Shown piece after piece: positions 47,508 through 57,270 of a DNA stretch of 60,989 nt. Source of the DNA: a virus (Duplodnaviria; Caudoviricetes); the IMG/VR virus record IMGVR_UViG_3300033153_004031, positions 1 to 60,989 of that record; one strand, written 5' to 3'. Made by a program: the position numbers and the translations under genes. Every line of letters starts with the position of its first letter. Position 1 is the stretch's first letter. Under the pieces are notes generated by a model. It searched no databases, was not told the origin of the DNA, and worked only from the letters and a program-made list of their open reading frames with translations.

Positions 47508-48182
47508 CTATGCGTACCGAAATAAATCGAACGGGTTGAAATTCGGGCCTTCGTAGAATTGATAGTAACTACCTGGAACCGTTGTCCCAAACGTCGTTTT
47601 AAACGTCTCGGTTGGACGCCATATACTCGTCTCGTCCACATGTCGCTCAAACTGCCTCGCAAGGTCGTCAAGCATCGGGGCCATGGATTTCAAACCCAAA
47701 TACTTGGCATACGGGGGCATTTCCGCCCTCATTTGTTCAATTTGCGGTAACACCTCTAACTCGGCTGCCTTTAGTGCCGCTTGTGTTTCCGCACCAAGGC
47801 CTTGGAGTACCGCCTGTGTTTCTGCCTGGTATTCTGGCGCATACCGTTGGAGTGCCTCCCGTGTGGCCGATGTCATCACATTCCCTAAACCTTGACCATA
47901 GCCGGCAAGTGCGGATTTTCTCTGTTGCTGCGCCGCGAACGGGTTGTCTCGCGCCAGCGCCCCCGTGCGGGCGACGGACTCCCGGAGAGCGTTGCGCAAC
48001 CCGCGCATCCCCGTTGCCGCCGCCTCCTGCTTGTACCCGGAGATAACACCCTGGTCCATCTTGGGAATTTTCTTTTGATAATCCGGCAGCTTAATCTCCG
48101 GCATCTTAATTTTCCAAGACGTTTTCCCTTCGTATGGGCCGAGCGCACCCAGCTTGGGTATAAACGGTGCTCCTATAGCCAT
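47508..48182 (-). CDS. Putative pilot/ejection protein
   Basis: Ala/Gln-rich helical; follows tail genes. Confidence 0.6.
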   Translation of the reverse strand: MAIGAPFIPKLGALGPYEGKTSWKIKMPEIKLPDYQKKIPKMDQGVISGYKQEAAATGMRGLRNALRESVARTGALARDNPFAAQQQRKSALAGYGQGLGNVMTSATREALQRYAPEYQAETQAVLQGLGAETQAALKAAELEVLPQIEQMRAEMPPYAKYLGLKSMAPMLDDLARQFERHVDETSIWRPTETFKTTFGTTVPGSYYQFYEGPNFNPFDLFRYA

Positions 48183-48194
48183 TGGTTGTTCTCC

Positions 48195-49079
48195 TTATGT
48201 TGAACAGTATAAATAAACATAGCGGTGACGACCGCCCTCGCTTTGATCGACATTAATATTCTTATAATCTTTAATTGCTCGAATCATAAAAGTGGCGTAT
48301 CCGCCGACCGCATCGTTTAAATAACTCAAAAACCCGGCATGTAGGTCCACCCGGTATTGCTCTGTCCCACCAAGCAATGTAAACTCTTTTACCGGGCCGT
48401 CCTCTATATATGTGTTCCACCAATCGTCCCCGTCTAGGTCTAAAACATCGTATGTAGCATATTGAATATACGCGATAATTTCGGAATCAAAAACCGGTTC
48501 AATCATAAAATAGGCGTTTTGAAAAATAGTTCCATTTGGTATGTGCGACATATCAAAAAATATGCAGGACCGATGGATTGTTGCGGAACCACCCCCATCC
48601 CAATGGCTCCTGTGCGTGCTTACCCTGTTATAGCTCACCTCGGGACATCCGCCAGGGGCAACGTAATAATTGGCATTATCGTGCTGAAACCAGACATCGT
48701 TCCATGCCGTAGTACCACTATACGATGAGGCGCTACCCACCAAACACCCAAGGTATGATTGCATCGGCTCAAACCACTGTTGTTCCACTTCTGGTTCCGG
48801 CAACACAATTTCCGGCACCGGCCAATCCCAATCCGGTCTCCAATTAATCACAACCGGGTCTTGGTTCCACGTCAATTCCATCGCCTGGTAATCGGTGCTG
48901 TACTCCGCATACGGTTTTTTATACAATGAGTGGGGAATGTTCGGGTTGCTCTTGTAAACATACTGTGCGGGAACGATCCTCATAAAGTCCGGGTATTCCT
49001 GTGTATTTATATACGGCTTCTTAAACCGCGCCGATGTTTGGGTGTTTCCCGGACTCCGTATATTTGTTCGCTTTGCCAA
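48195..49079 (-). CDS. Putative virion protein
   Basis: 294 aa; RSCIFFDMSHIP beta-sandwich-like C-terminus; abuts tail gene. Confidence 0.55.
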   Translation of the reverse strand: MAKRTNIRSPGNTQTSARFKKPYINTQEYPDFMRIVPAQYVYKSNPNIPHSLYKKPYAEYSTDYQAMELTWNQDPVVINWRPDWDWPVPEIVLPEPEVEQQWFEPMQSYLGCLVGSASSYSGTTAWNDVWFQHDNANYYVAPGGCPEVSYNRVSTHRSHWDGGGSATIHRSCIFFDMSHIPNGTIFQNAYFMIEPVFDSEIIAYIQYATYDVLDLDGDDWWNTYIEDGPVKEFTLLGGTEQYRVDLHAGFLSYLNDAVGGYATFMIRAIKDYKNINVDQSEGGRHRYVYLYCST

Positions 49080-51551
49080 TTACTTTTCTTCCTCGGCGTA
49101 AAGCCACAGCGCCACGTCTTCCAGGTACATTGACTCACCCTTGGTGTTATTCCTAAACCGCAGGCCGATGTGATCCGACAGGGCGTCCATCACGAAACGC
49201 TCCCGCCGCGAGGCTTCGTTCTCGTTGGCCGCTATCATGCTCATCTCGATGGAGTCTTCCAGCACGTTGTTCAGGTACACATCAATCTCGACACTACCCG
49301 ATGTTTGCGCTTTCACCCGAAGCGCCATTTCCCGCAGGAACATCACCCAGTTTTTGTGGCTCAACTCCATCGTGACATAGCCGTCAATGGCCGCACTAAC
49401 ATCGTTTACACCCGTGTTTAATTGATATACGGTTCCGTCATCCACACCGCCGCCCACCTGGATAATCGCCACATCTCCACTTGCGGCCTCTACCTCGGTG
49501 GCACAAGACAATCCCTGCCCAAGACTGTCAAAATACCAAGCATTATCTGTCAGGTCATAAACCAAAAATGTGTTCGGGGTGGTGGCGCTGGAACCCGTCA
49601 CCAACCCGACTCTCAATATACTATAAGTAGAATCGTATGCAATCCAGTGTTCCTTTTCATACCCCGTGCGGATACACTCGCTTTCAAGCGGGTCGAAGTA
49701 GTTCTGAATATCGTCGGAAATTGCCCAAGCGGTCTTACCGTCTGTGCAAAAAACACCTTTTTGACTCAGGAAGTATGCGAGTGTTTTTATAGTCTCGTCC
49801 GTCCGTGTGCTTGTCAGAACACCGTCCACCACAACGGCGCTTTTGGCGGAAAACGTTCCAAGGTATGGGCTTATAATAAGCTTATCAAAATTATCCGGGT
49901 TGTCCCCCTCAAAAAGAGTCAAGCATCCCCCGTCGACACCCTTCTCCTCCTGCCAGACCATTAGTTCGTTATAGAACTTCTTCATACAGGTGATTTTATT
50001 CTTGCGCCCGTCTCCCGCCCGGCGATACCAGAAATCAGAACCGTTCAACATCATCGGCTCACCCGCCGCCGATACATAGATGTAGTGCGGTGCTTGGTTG
50101 AAAGAGTAAACGCCCCGCTCCTTCCACACGCCGTTGCAATAGCCGATGGTGCCGATGTCATTTATGTCGAAGTACGGCATTGTCTGGATGCCCACCTGAA
50201 CATCGTCGTTCATCGCGGTTGATTCGCCGTGACTCGTTTTAAACCTGTACCAGTATGCGTGGTATTGGGACGTGTTCAGCGTCCTCGGTTGCGCGTCTTC
50301 CCTGTCGAATATAACCCACCCCGTGTTACTCACGCCGTTTGTGCCGTCTGTCAGCCCGGAGCAGTCGGCCCACGCGCTACCAGTCCAGTACTGGACCGCA
50401 CCGATAGACGTGGATGCCGTCGTGTTGGGTTTTTCACCCACATCAATGTAGATTCCGCATATCTTATCCGCCGACGCAATATAGCAATAGTCCGTCCCCT
50501 CCCCGGAAGGAGCCATTGAGTCGAGTTCTACCGATTCTGCCGCGTAGGTCCTATACACATCTGCGCTGGCGTCATAGAACTGGACCTCGACAGCATCCAC
50601 CGGCACACCGTCCCACACGTTCTGTAAGGCAGTCCAGTCGGCGTCAAACGTGACAGTACTGATCTCCACCTCGGCGTCCAGGCTGTTCCCATCGGCCAGC
50701 GTGAACCGATACCAGAAACCCGACTCCCCGAACAAGTAGTGCGGTATTTCATCCGATTGCGGCGTCCACTCCATTGTTCCGGTCTGTGCCAAAGTCGCCC
50801 CGCCGGAAGCTGTTCCATCCGTCATACTGGTGTCTGCCCACGCACCATTCCAGTAATGTATGCGCCCCGTCGCCGCCGCGCCGTTCCCCGCCGTAATCGT
50901 CCATGTCAAAGACTTGGCTGGAATATTTGTCCTAATGTAAACCGCTTCGTAATCATTGGTTAAATCCCCCATGCTATCCAAGACTGCAACGCTCGTGGAA
51001 TCGGAATCGGACACCTCAATGGAGTAGTCTGTTCCACCGTCCGGCATAACATGTGCGGCATCCGACCCGACAAAGTACACAAACTTATATACCGGCGAGC
51101 TGTTGCCCGTGTAAATCTGGTGCTGGTCCACGCCATTGGAAAACAGCATGATGTCGTCCACCATGCTCCACGAAGCGGGGATGGCGCTGGCAGACCCCGT
51201 GAATACCTCAGACCCGAACGCGCCCGTTGTCACGGTGGGCGGGTTATTAGTAGCTTCCAGCACGCCACCGTCGCTCATTTGTGCGTAGAAGTGGCGTTCC
51301 GAGCGTCCGCCCGCGCTGTACTGGTACAGCGTCATCACCTTGTTACCGCCGTCCGCCGTGGTGTGTAGTTTGGCTTGCCCCTTGCGCTTCACGAACCCCG
51401 GATGCCGTGGCCGCATGTTCTGCACCATTGAATACTTGGCAAACGGCAAAAGGGGCTTCTCCCTGCGTGTGTCCGCCCCGCCCCGAAACTGCATATAAAT
51501 CGGGGACTCAAGGTATTGGCTGTTAATGCTTTTCAGGTTAATCTTCGCCAT
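49080..51551 (-). CDS. Tail tubular/nozzle (stabilization-type) protein
   Basis: FRGGAD...QNM...KRKG N-terminus; FLSQKGVF..DG...ISDDIQ; 823 aa. Confidence 0.75.
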   Translation of the reverse strand: MAKINLKSINSQYLESPIYMQFRGGADTRREKPLLPFAKYSMVQNMRPRHPGFVKRKGQAKLHTTADGGNKVMTLYQYSAGGRSERHFYAQMSDGGVLEATNNPPTVTTGAFGSEVFTGSASAIPASWSMVDDIMLFSNGVDQHQIYTGNSSPVYKFVYFVGSDAAHVMPDGGTDYSIEVSDSDSTSVAVLDSMGDLTNDYEAVYIRTNIPAKSLTWTITAGNGAAATGRIHYWNGAWADTSMTDGTASGGATLAQTGTMEWTPQSDEIPHYLFGESGFWYRFTLADGNSLDAEVEISTVTFDADWTALQNVWDGVPVDAVEVQFYDASADVYRTYAAESVELDSMAPSGEGTDYCYIASADKICGIYIDVGEKPNTTASTSIGAVQYWTGSAWADCSGLTDGTNGVSNTGWVIFDREDAQPRTLNTSQYHAYWYRFKTSHGESTAMNDDVQVGIQTMPYFDINDIGTIGYCNGVWKERGVYSFNQAPHYIYVSAAGEPMMLNGSDFWYRRAGDGRKNKITCMKKFYNELMVWQEEKGVDGGCLTLFEGDNPDNFDKLIISPYLGTFSAKSAVVVDGVLTSTRTDETIKTLAYFLSQKGVFCTDGKTAWAISDDIQNYFDPLESECIRTGYEKEHWIAYDSTYSILRVGLVTGSSATTPNTFLVYDLTDNAWYFDSLGQGLSCATEVEAASGDVAIIQVGGGVDDGTVYQLNTGVNDVSAAIDGYVTMELSHKNWVMFLREMALRVKAQTSGSVEIDVYLNNVLEDSIEMSMIAANENEASRRERFVMDALSDHIGLRFRNNTKGESMYLEDVALWLYAEEEK

Positions 51552-51934
51552 TACACCGCGTCCAAATCTTCAATCCAGAAGTAAACCTGGTCTTTAAAGG
51601 GCAGGTCGGCCCCGTAAGAAGACGTGTATGTCCCTTCCAATGTCAGCACCCGTAGCACCTCACGCGCACCCTCCGGGATTGCCAAGTCATCGCCGGAAAG
51701 CACGATATCCTCAGACGAGGACGGAGACTCGATATTAACGTCAGCCCGGCTATTCACCGTCTCCCCCGCCGAGTTTGATAGCGTCCACGTCATAGTGGTG
51801 GGTGTTAAGGTGCTCCCGTCTTCATCGGTGAAGTCTACCGTAATGACAAACGTGCCGTTCTTTTTGGCCTTGGTCGAAAGGATGGTCGTTGCCATAGTCG
51901 CTATTCCAGCGTGAAGATACCGGATGATCCCCAC
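51551..51934 (-). CDS. Small beta-sandwich virion protein
   Basis: VDFTDEDG...WTL...LSGDDL; probable start MATTIL. Confidence 0.6.
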   Translation of the reverse strand: MGIIRYLHAGIATMATTILSTKAKKNGTFVITVDFTDEDGSTLTPTTMTWTLSNSAGETVNSRADVNIESPSSSEDIVLSGDDLAIPEGAREVLRVLTLEGTYTSSYGADLPFKDQVYFWIEDLDAV

Positions 51935-52311
51935 TGTAGGGTGAATGTCCCGTTTGTTACAGACTGGCTCCCGCTAAAGTCGAATAGGCACACCAATAGG
52001 TCGCTGGCATGGGTGTCGTCGTATACCGCACCATAGGCCGCCGTAAACGTCGCCGATGTCCACGCCTCATCCGCCGCGTCAAACGTGACCTTAGTGCCCG
52101 ATCTTGTCCATGTCACCGAGTCAAGCGTCCCGCCGCCGGCGGTGTATCCCGTACCACTGATTTCGTTCCCGGAAACACTGGAAGCCTTGGTGTGTGACGC
52201 GCTTGCGGAATACGACTTGTTTAAAAGCATTACCTTAAAAGTATCGTTATCCAGGTCAATACTTCCATCCGCCATGTATTCCTTGAACGAGTTGTAAATC
52301 ATGTTCGCCAT
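51901..52311 (-). CDS. Tail-associated structural protein
   Basis: IDLDNDTFKVMLL...GTGYTAGG...FDAAD...GTFTLQW. Confidence 0.75.
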   Translation of the reverse strand: MANMIYNSFKEYMADGSIDLDNDTFKVMLLNKSYSASASHTKASSVSGNEISGTGYTAGGGTLDSVTWTRSGTKVTFDAADEAWTSATFTAAYGAVYDDTHASDLLVCLFDFSGSQSVTNGTFTLQWGSSGIFTLE

Positions 52312-53397
52312 TTATTGTTCCTCCACATAAAACGTCGCTCTTGCTCTCTTGCCCATATACGAAGCCCCGGCGCGTTTCCCGGTAAACGACGCGGATGCCC
52401 TCTTGCCCGTAAAATTAAACCTCCCCAACTTGGCGGTTGTTACCTGTGACGTGGATGCCGCCTGAATCGCCAGCGTCAGTGTGCCCACGAGTGATAGCGC
52501 GAGATTGCAGTCGGCGTGGATGGTTGGTGCGTACTGCGCCAATGTGAGTGCTTGCGTTGACAACGCAAGGTTGCAGTCGGTCTTTATTGTGAGTGCGTTC
52601 TGAATCAGTGAAAGCGACTGTGTAGATAGCGGAATGGTTGTATCAACCCATTGACCGACACGGGCAAGCGCGTGTTGCGTTAGGGATAAAGATTGGGTTG
52701 ATAAAGATAGCGTTACATCGTCGCTATATGGTGCGGCGGGTGGGGTAAAATTTGATGTCCACCGGGCGATGCCTTTGGATATGCGGATTTCGTCAAGATA
52801 GCCCGAAAACGGGTTGGTACCATTATCTTGTTCGCAGCCGATATTCAGTTTATGGGGCGTATAGGGCCATGATGTGAAATTATTAGTTGTTACACTTGTT
52901 CCCTCAGTTCCCCCGAGATATATTTTTACACTACCGGAATATCTAACTATCGCGATGTGGGTCCACGTGTTTTCTGTGACAGCACTACTGCTCTCTACGA
53001 CAGTAACGTCCGCACCAGACACTTTTGCTACAACCTGAATGGTGTCATCTGATTGGAGTCGCACATACCAAAAGTTGTTTAGATCAACACTGTCTTTTCT
53101 CTGTGAAATAATATCCCTATTGGTGCCACCAAAATGATAAAGACAAAAATCAATCGTAAAATCGCCCGTACCAAAATCCCAATCGTTACTGTCTGGTAAA
53201 CTTAACCAGTCATCACTTCCATCAAAATAAATACTGGAAGCACCAAACTTCTGCTGGTCGGTTTCATGGTGAACATCGCCGTTTTTCGTGATGGCGTGCG
53301 GGCAATTCGACCCGTTACCAGAATCGGTAAAGGTGGTATCTCCATCAGAATCATCAGAATGAATCAAAAGTACCGTATATGAATCGTTACCCGGCAT
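52312..53397 (-). CDS. LamG/concanavalin-A-like domain virion protein
   Basis: KFGASSIYFDG...DFGTGDFTID...WTHIAIVR...FSGYLDEIRISKGIARWTSNFTPP. Confidence 0.85.
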   Translation of the reverse strand: MPGNDSYTVLLIHSDDSDGDTTFTDSGNGSNCPHAITKNGDVHHETDQQKFGASSIYFDGSDDWLSLPDSNDWDFGTGDFTIDFCLYHFGGTNRDIISQRKDSVDLNNFWYVRLQSDDTIQVVAKVSGADVTVVESSSAVTENTWTHIAIVRYSGSVKIYLGGTEGTSVTTNNFTSWPYTPHKLNIGCEQDNGTNPFSGYLDEIRISKGIARWTSNFTPPAAPYSDDVTLSLSTQSLSLTQHALARVGQWVDTTIPLSTQSLSLIQNALTIKTDCNLALSTQALTLAQYAPTIHADCNLALSLVGTLTLAIQAASTSQVTTAKLGRFNFTGKRASASFTGKRAGASYMGKRARATFYVEEQ

Positions 53398-54279
53398 TTA
53401 AAAATCCAACCTCGCCATTTGCGGAACGTAATTTCTTCGAATCGCCTTTGTCATTACGGCCCTGTGAAATATCTTTTCTATCACCATATCCACGGTATCC
53501 AGCTCGTTGTTCCTGTGTTTCGCAAACATGACTACTGCCGCGCGGAGTTTTTCATTAAACTCGTCGTTGTACGGCATGTCGTCATCTGTGGCTAACACCG
53601 TCGCCTTTTGGTTGTAATGTATGGTCAGGCCGTAGTCGTCGTCCGCCTGCCGGTCGAATACGATGTTTGTCCCTTCGTATGACCAGTAGTACGGAGGCCC
53701 GGTAGCGGCGTACTTCCTCAAGTAGTAGATGTAATCCAAGGATGTTTTTAAGACTTCGTTCTCGCCAACCCGCATTAACGTAGCCGATGCGTCCCCGGTA
53801 CCCTCGTCCACGATCACGTCTTCGTTAATGGTCAGCTTATTATTGGAGCCCGCTCCGTCATCGCCTATGGAATATATGGAAAGCAATCCAATGTCGGACG
53901 TGTTGTTACTGGAAGACCCGGATATACCGATGGTATCGTTCGCCTCGAAGTAATCAGAGAAGTCCGTTGCGGTGGATATGATAGTGTCGCCCGATGCCGC
54001 AAAGGTCAGGTCGGAGCAAGTGACAAGTTTACTATCGTACCAGATGGAGCGGACGGAGGCGCACCGCGTGGGCATAGTGATTTTATTCTGCCCCGTGGAT
54101 AGTGCCACACTAATAGCGTTCTGGTGTACCCAATCGGAATCCTTGGAAATCAAGATGCCGTCCAGGATTATCACGGCCCTGTTCAGGTATTCCAGAAGCT
54201 CAGCCGTTTCCATCTTCTGGCCCTTGTACTCCTTGAGGTCGTACCGGGCTGACGCAATTATTTGAGATGCCGTCGCCAT
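53398..54279 (-). CDS. Head-tail adaptor (tail tubular A-like) with inserted domain
   Basis: MATASQIIASARYDL...ELLEYLNRA...GPPYYW. Confidence 0.7.
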   Translation of the reverse strand: MATASQIIASARYDLKEYKGQKMETAELLEYLNRAVIILDGILISKDSDWVHQNAISVALSTGQNKITMPTRCASVRSIWYDSKLVTCSDLTFAASGDTIISTATDFSDYFEANDTIGISGSSSNNTSDIGLLSIYSIGDDGAGSNNKLTINEDVIVDEGTGDASATLMRVGENEVLKTSLDYIYYLRKYAATGPPYYWSYEGTNIVFDRQADDDYGLTIHYNQKATVLATDDDMPYNDEFNEKLRAAVVMFAKHRNNELDTVDMVIEKIFHRAVMTKAIRRNYVPQMARLDF

Positions 54280-54409
54280 TATTTAACCTTTTTTCATTTA
54301 ATAACGCTGCGTATTAAATACACTCACTCAATACACACTGAATAAAATGCGGGAAGGGAGCCGGGTCTCCCTTGTCGGCCTGGGGGTAGCCTATCCCGCA
54401 AGGGAGTGG

Positions 54410-55078
54410 TTACGGCCGGACAACAAGCGCGTAAACATCAACAACACCGGAATTGATGTTTACGTCCGCCGTATCCGTTGTCGCCTTCAAGTCAATCGTG
54501 TCTGCCGAACCAAACACCAGCGGCCTTTTCGCAAGGGGGGCTTTGTCCACGATGATCTTGGCGGTAATCGGAGTGTCGTAAATTTTCAGCTCCGTGTCCG
54601 CCAAATTCATCATGCGAATCGTAACTATGTTCGCCCACGACACATGGCCCATGAACACCATGTCGGCAATATCGGTGTCGTCAGGAGTGACAACCACCGA
54701 GTCGTTAAAGGCCGCCCCATCAACCTCAACGTCAATCGCCTCCTGGTTCCCCTGCGTCAATAAGTATGGATACAGGTTGGTGTTTTGAACCAGCATTTGT
54801 TTCACGTTGCCGGTAGCGTCCAGCGGCATCCCGTTACCCCAATAGTCCACAACGGTTCCATACCCGACATCCACTGTTGAATTGGCCGGACACGCCGTAA
54901 TCACGTCGAGCCATACGTTCAAAACCACGTCGCCCGCCTTGACGTGAAAAACCCGATGCACGTCCCCTTCCCCGGCATCAAGGCTCTGGGTTCCAAAGTA
55001 CACCCGCCGCCTCCACACGTTTAACCGCTTTGTGGTCTCAAACTCCGGCTGACTAGCCATAAAGGTCTTGTAAATCAT
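54410..55078 (-). CDS. Capsid decoration/minor head protein
   Basis: VKAGDVVLNVWLDVITA...VDVG...ADTID...GVVDVYA. Confidence 0.65.
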   Translation of the reverse strand: MIYKTFMASQPEFETTKRLNVWRRRVYFGTQSLDAGEGDVHRVFHVKAGDVVLNVWLDVITACPANSTVDVGYGTVVDYWGNGMPLDATGNVKQMLVQNTNLYPYLLTQGNQEAIDVEVDGAAFNDSVVVTPDDTDIADMVFMGHVSWANIVTIRMMNLADTELKIYDTPITAKIIVDKAPLAKRPLVFGSADTIDLKATTDTADVNINSGVVDVYALVVRP

Positions 55079-55455
55079 CCCTGTTCTCCTGCCTGTTGCG
55101 CTTTGCGCTTTTCACGCTCTTTTTCTACCAACTCCCTTACCCGAGCAGTGTACGACTCACACGCCTGCTCCTTGTTTTTCCTGATACTCTTGTCCTTCTC
55201 GGCGCACATGAACCGTCTGCACGTCTCGGGGCGATCATCGTATATTTTACAGGTGCCGTCTTGATTTAGATGCTGGCACGGGTCTTTCACCCGCATCATA
55301 ATGGCACCGCCGTTTTCCATGTAAAACTTGTTCCCCCGAAATAAAAAATACTCAATTATTTCCATCGACAGCATCGTGACCGGGAACTCTACATACTCGC
55401 AACACTCGTAGCACTCCAAACACTTCTGCTGTTGATCTGTTAACTCACTGGTCAT
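55075..55455 (-). CDS. YkgJ/CxxCxxCC-family Cys-cluster protein
   Basis: CLECYECC...PCQHL...CKIYDDRPETCRRFMC; start MTSELT at 55455. Confidence 0.88.
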   Translation of the reverse strand: MTSELTDQQQKCLECYECCEYVEFPVTMLSMEIIEYFLFRGNKFYMENGGAIMMRVKDPCQHLNQDGTCKIYDDRPETCRRFMCAEKDKSIRKNKEQACESYTARVRELVEKEREKRKAQQAGEQG

Positions 55456-56434
55456 ATACAGTCTCCTCTCCCCGGAATAGAGGATTGATTTCCTCGTACC
55501 CAAGCACAGTCCCCACTTCCGGCAACCCCACGCGCTTGGTCATCTGAAACCCTCGCAACGCCGCGTGGATGGTGTCCACCACTTCCGGCTCGATGTCGTG
55601 CTTCACCTTCGCCCTCGCGCGCATCAGGTCGCGCTTAATCTCGTTTAAATCCCCCTCGTGATACGTCATGGTCTTGGAATACAAATCTTCGACACCGATG
55701 TATTCCTGGACGGTCGGGTCCTGGTGCTTCCACGCCCACTCGATCCAGTGAGTATGAACCTGTGCCAACAGGATGTCCGGTTGCCCCACAATGTTTGGGG
55801 AATACGTGTCAATCACTTCGTCCAGTAGGTCATCCAGCTCGTGCTCCCGGCGCGTCATGGTCCACGCCACGGACGGCCCCTTTATCATCTCGTACTCCGT
55901 GCAGGCCCGCTTCAGGATAACCCCCACTTCCGGGCTGATATGCTCGTCAACAGCCTTGCGGACGGCTTCGTAGCACTCCCGCCCCTCATCCAGGCTATTG
56001 TTGTAAAAGTACCCCCCGTAAAGCCTTGGTGTGTAATACCGAAGTTCAATCCCACACTTGGACGGCCTGTCCAGACTTCGCTGAATATCCAACAGTTGAA
56101 ACAACTCTTTTAGCGTTCTGGGGCCGACAACCACCTTCCAACACTCAAGGCACTTGGGGGGGACGTATCCGCACAAATTGAACTTGATATGGTGGTCCAA
56201 CAGGCACTTCTTGCCGACCAGGTGCTTCACGTGGTGCCACGGTGTGTCCGTTGCCACAGCGGTATTGCTTCGCCTGTAAACCCCCTCGTAAGACAGGTAA
56301 TACCCCGCCTGCCGCAATGGCTGGTTCAATAGTGATACGACGTCTTTTTTGCAGCACTTGTCGTAGTATGTGCCCTTCTTGACGTTCCTGTTTTGATAAA
56401 TCGCCTTTTCAATAGGCAGCATTGTATTGCTCAT
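55445..56434 (-). CDS. Cys-containing protein of unknown function
   Basis: 329 aa; CLECWKVVV...KCGIELR...YGGYFY...KRACTEYE; GGGAGGGT RBS. Confidence 0.8.
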   Translation of the reverse strand: MSNTMLPIEKAIYQNRNVKKGTYYDKCCKKDVVSLLNQPLRQAGYYLSYEGVYRRSNTAVATDTPWHHVKHLVGKKCLLDHHIKFNLCGYVPPKCLECWKVVVGPRTLKELFQLLDIQRSLDRPSKCGIELRYYTPRLYGGYFYNNSLDEGRECYEAVRKAVDEHISPEVGVILKRACTEYEMIKGPSVAWTMTRREHELDDLLDEVIDTYSPNIVGQPDILLAQVHTHWIEWAWKHQDPTVQEYIGVEDLYSKTMTYHEGDLNEIKRDLMRARAKVKHDIEPEVVDTIHAALRGFQMTKRVGLPEVGTVLGYEEINPLFRGEETVYDQ

Positions 56435-56523
56435 ACGCTTACCCCTCCCGGTGGGTTCGGGCAGGGGATTACTCCCCCGCCCGGTTGTTTAATCGTTGTA
56501 AGTGATTAATTTTATTACATTAA

Positions 56524-57189
56524 TTACTCGGGAACACGCCATCCGGTCGCCGCCACCTCAAGCACGCCGGAGAACGCACCGTCTAGTGAAGATGCCGCGA
56601 CGCCCGAAGCGCCCTTGCCCCCCAAGACCTGGAAGGTGATATACCCGCCATATGGGAAGTGCATCCCGTGCTGTTGGTCGCCCCCGCCGTCTGCCCAGCC
56701 GTGGTTCGCTCCGGCAATTCCGGTAGCGACATACCGCACGGAAGCCTTGGGGGAGGTTTCCGGGTCGCCCGGAAGCGCCAGGACGGAACTGGTGTGGATC
56801 TTGCTCTTTTCCAAAGTCGCCTTCCCGAGTCCGTCAGCGTCCGTAGAGGTGGACGCCAGGGACGCGCTCTTGTAGGCGATAAATCCCAGTCCGGCGGTTG
56901 CCGAAGACACGCTCTTGCTGTTGCAGTTATGGGTAACTCCGGCGGTTCCGCGAGGGGCGATCAGGTAAACGCCATCCACGACGGTCCTTTCGGGAACCTT
57001 CAACAGCTTGAGAACATTCATCACCTTGTTGGTCAGGGTCGGGGCCGTCACATTCCCAAAGTTGATCCGGTTCCGGGCCACAAACCCGCCAGGCCGGGGG
57101 GTCGCCTCGTTGACCGCGTCCGGGTTGACCGTAACGCTGGTCAGGTCATAGGTGGATGCGCTAGATGCAACAAAAGATACTTGAGCCAT
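56524..57189 (-). CDS. Capsid decoration/minor head protein
   Basis: Directly follows MCP; Ala/Ser/Gly/Thr-rich; LLKVPERTVV. Confidence 0.65.
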   Translation of the reverse strand: MAQVSFVASSASTYDLTSVTVNPDAVNEATPRPGGFVARNRINFGNVTAPTLTNKVMNVLKLLKVPERTVVDGVYLIAPRGTAGVTHNCNSKSVSSATAGLGFIAYKSASLASTSTDADGLGKATLEKSKIHTSSVLALPGDPETSPKASVRYVATGIAGANHGWADGGGDQQHGMHFPYGGYITFQVLGGKGASGVAASSLDGAFSGVLEVAATGWRVPE

Positions 57190-57233
57190 TTTCTTTCTCC
57201 TTCTGGGTTACGATCCCAATCAGGTTGTTAAAT

Positions 57234-57264
57234 GCGGGGAGGCGCATACGATCAACCTCCCCGC
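57234..57264 (-). terminator. Hairpin after the MCP stop (weak terminator or mRNA stabiliser)
   Basis: 9-bp stem GCGGGGAGG/CCTCCCCGC followed by ATTT. Confidence 0.55.
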
Positions 57265-57270
57265 CGTGGA

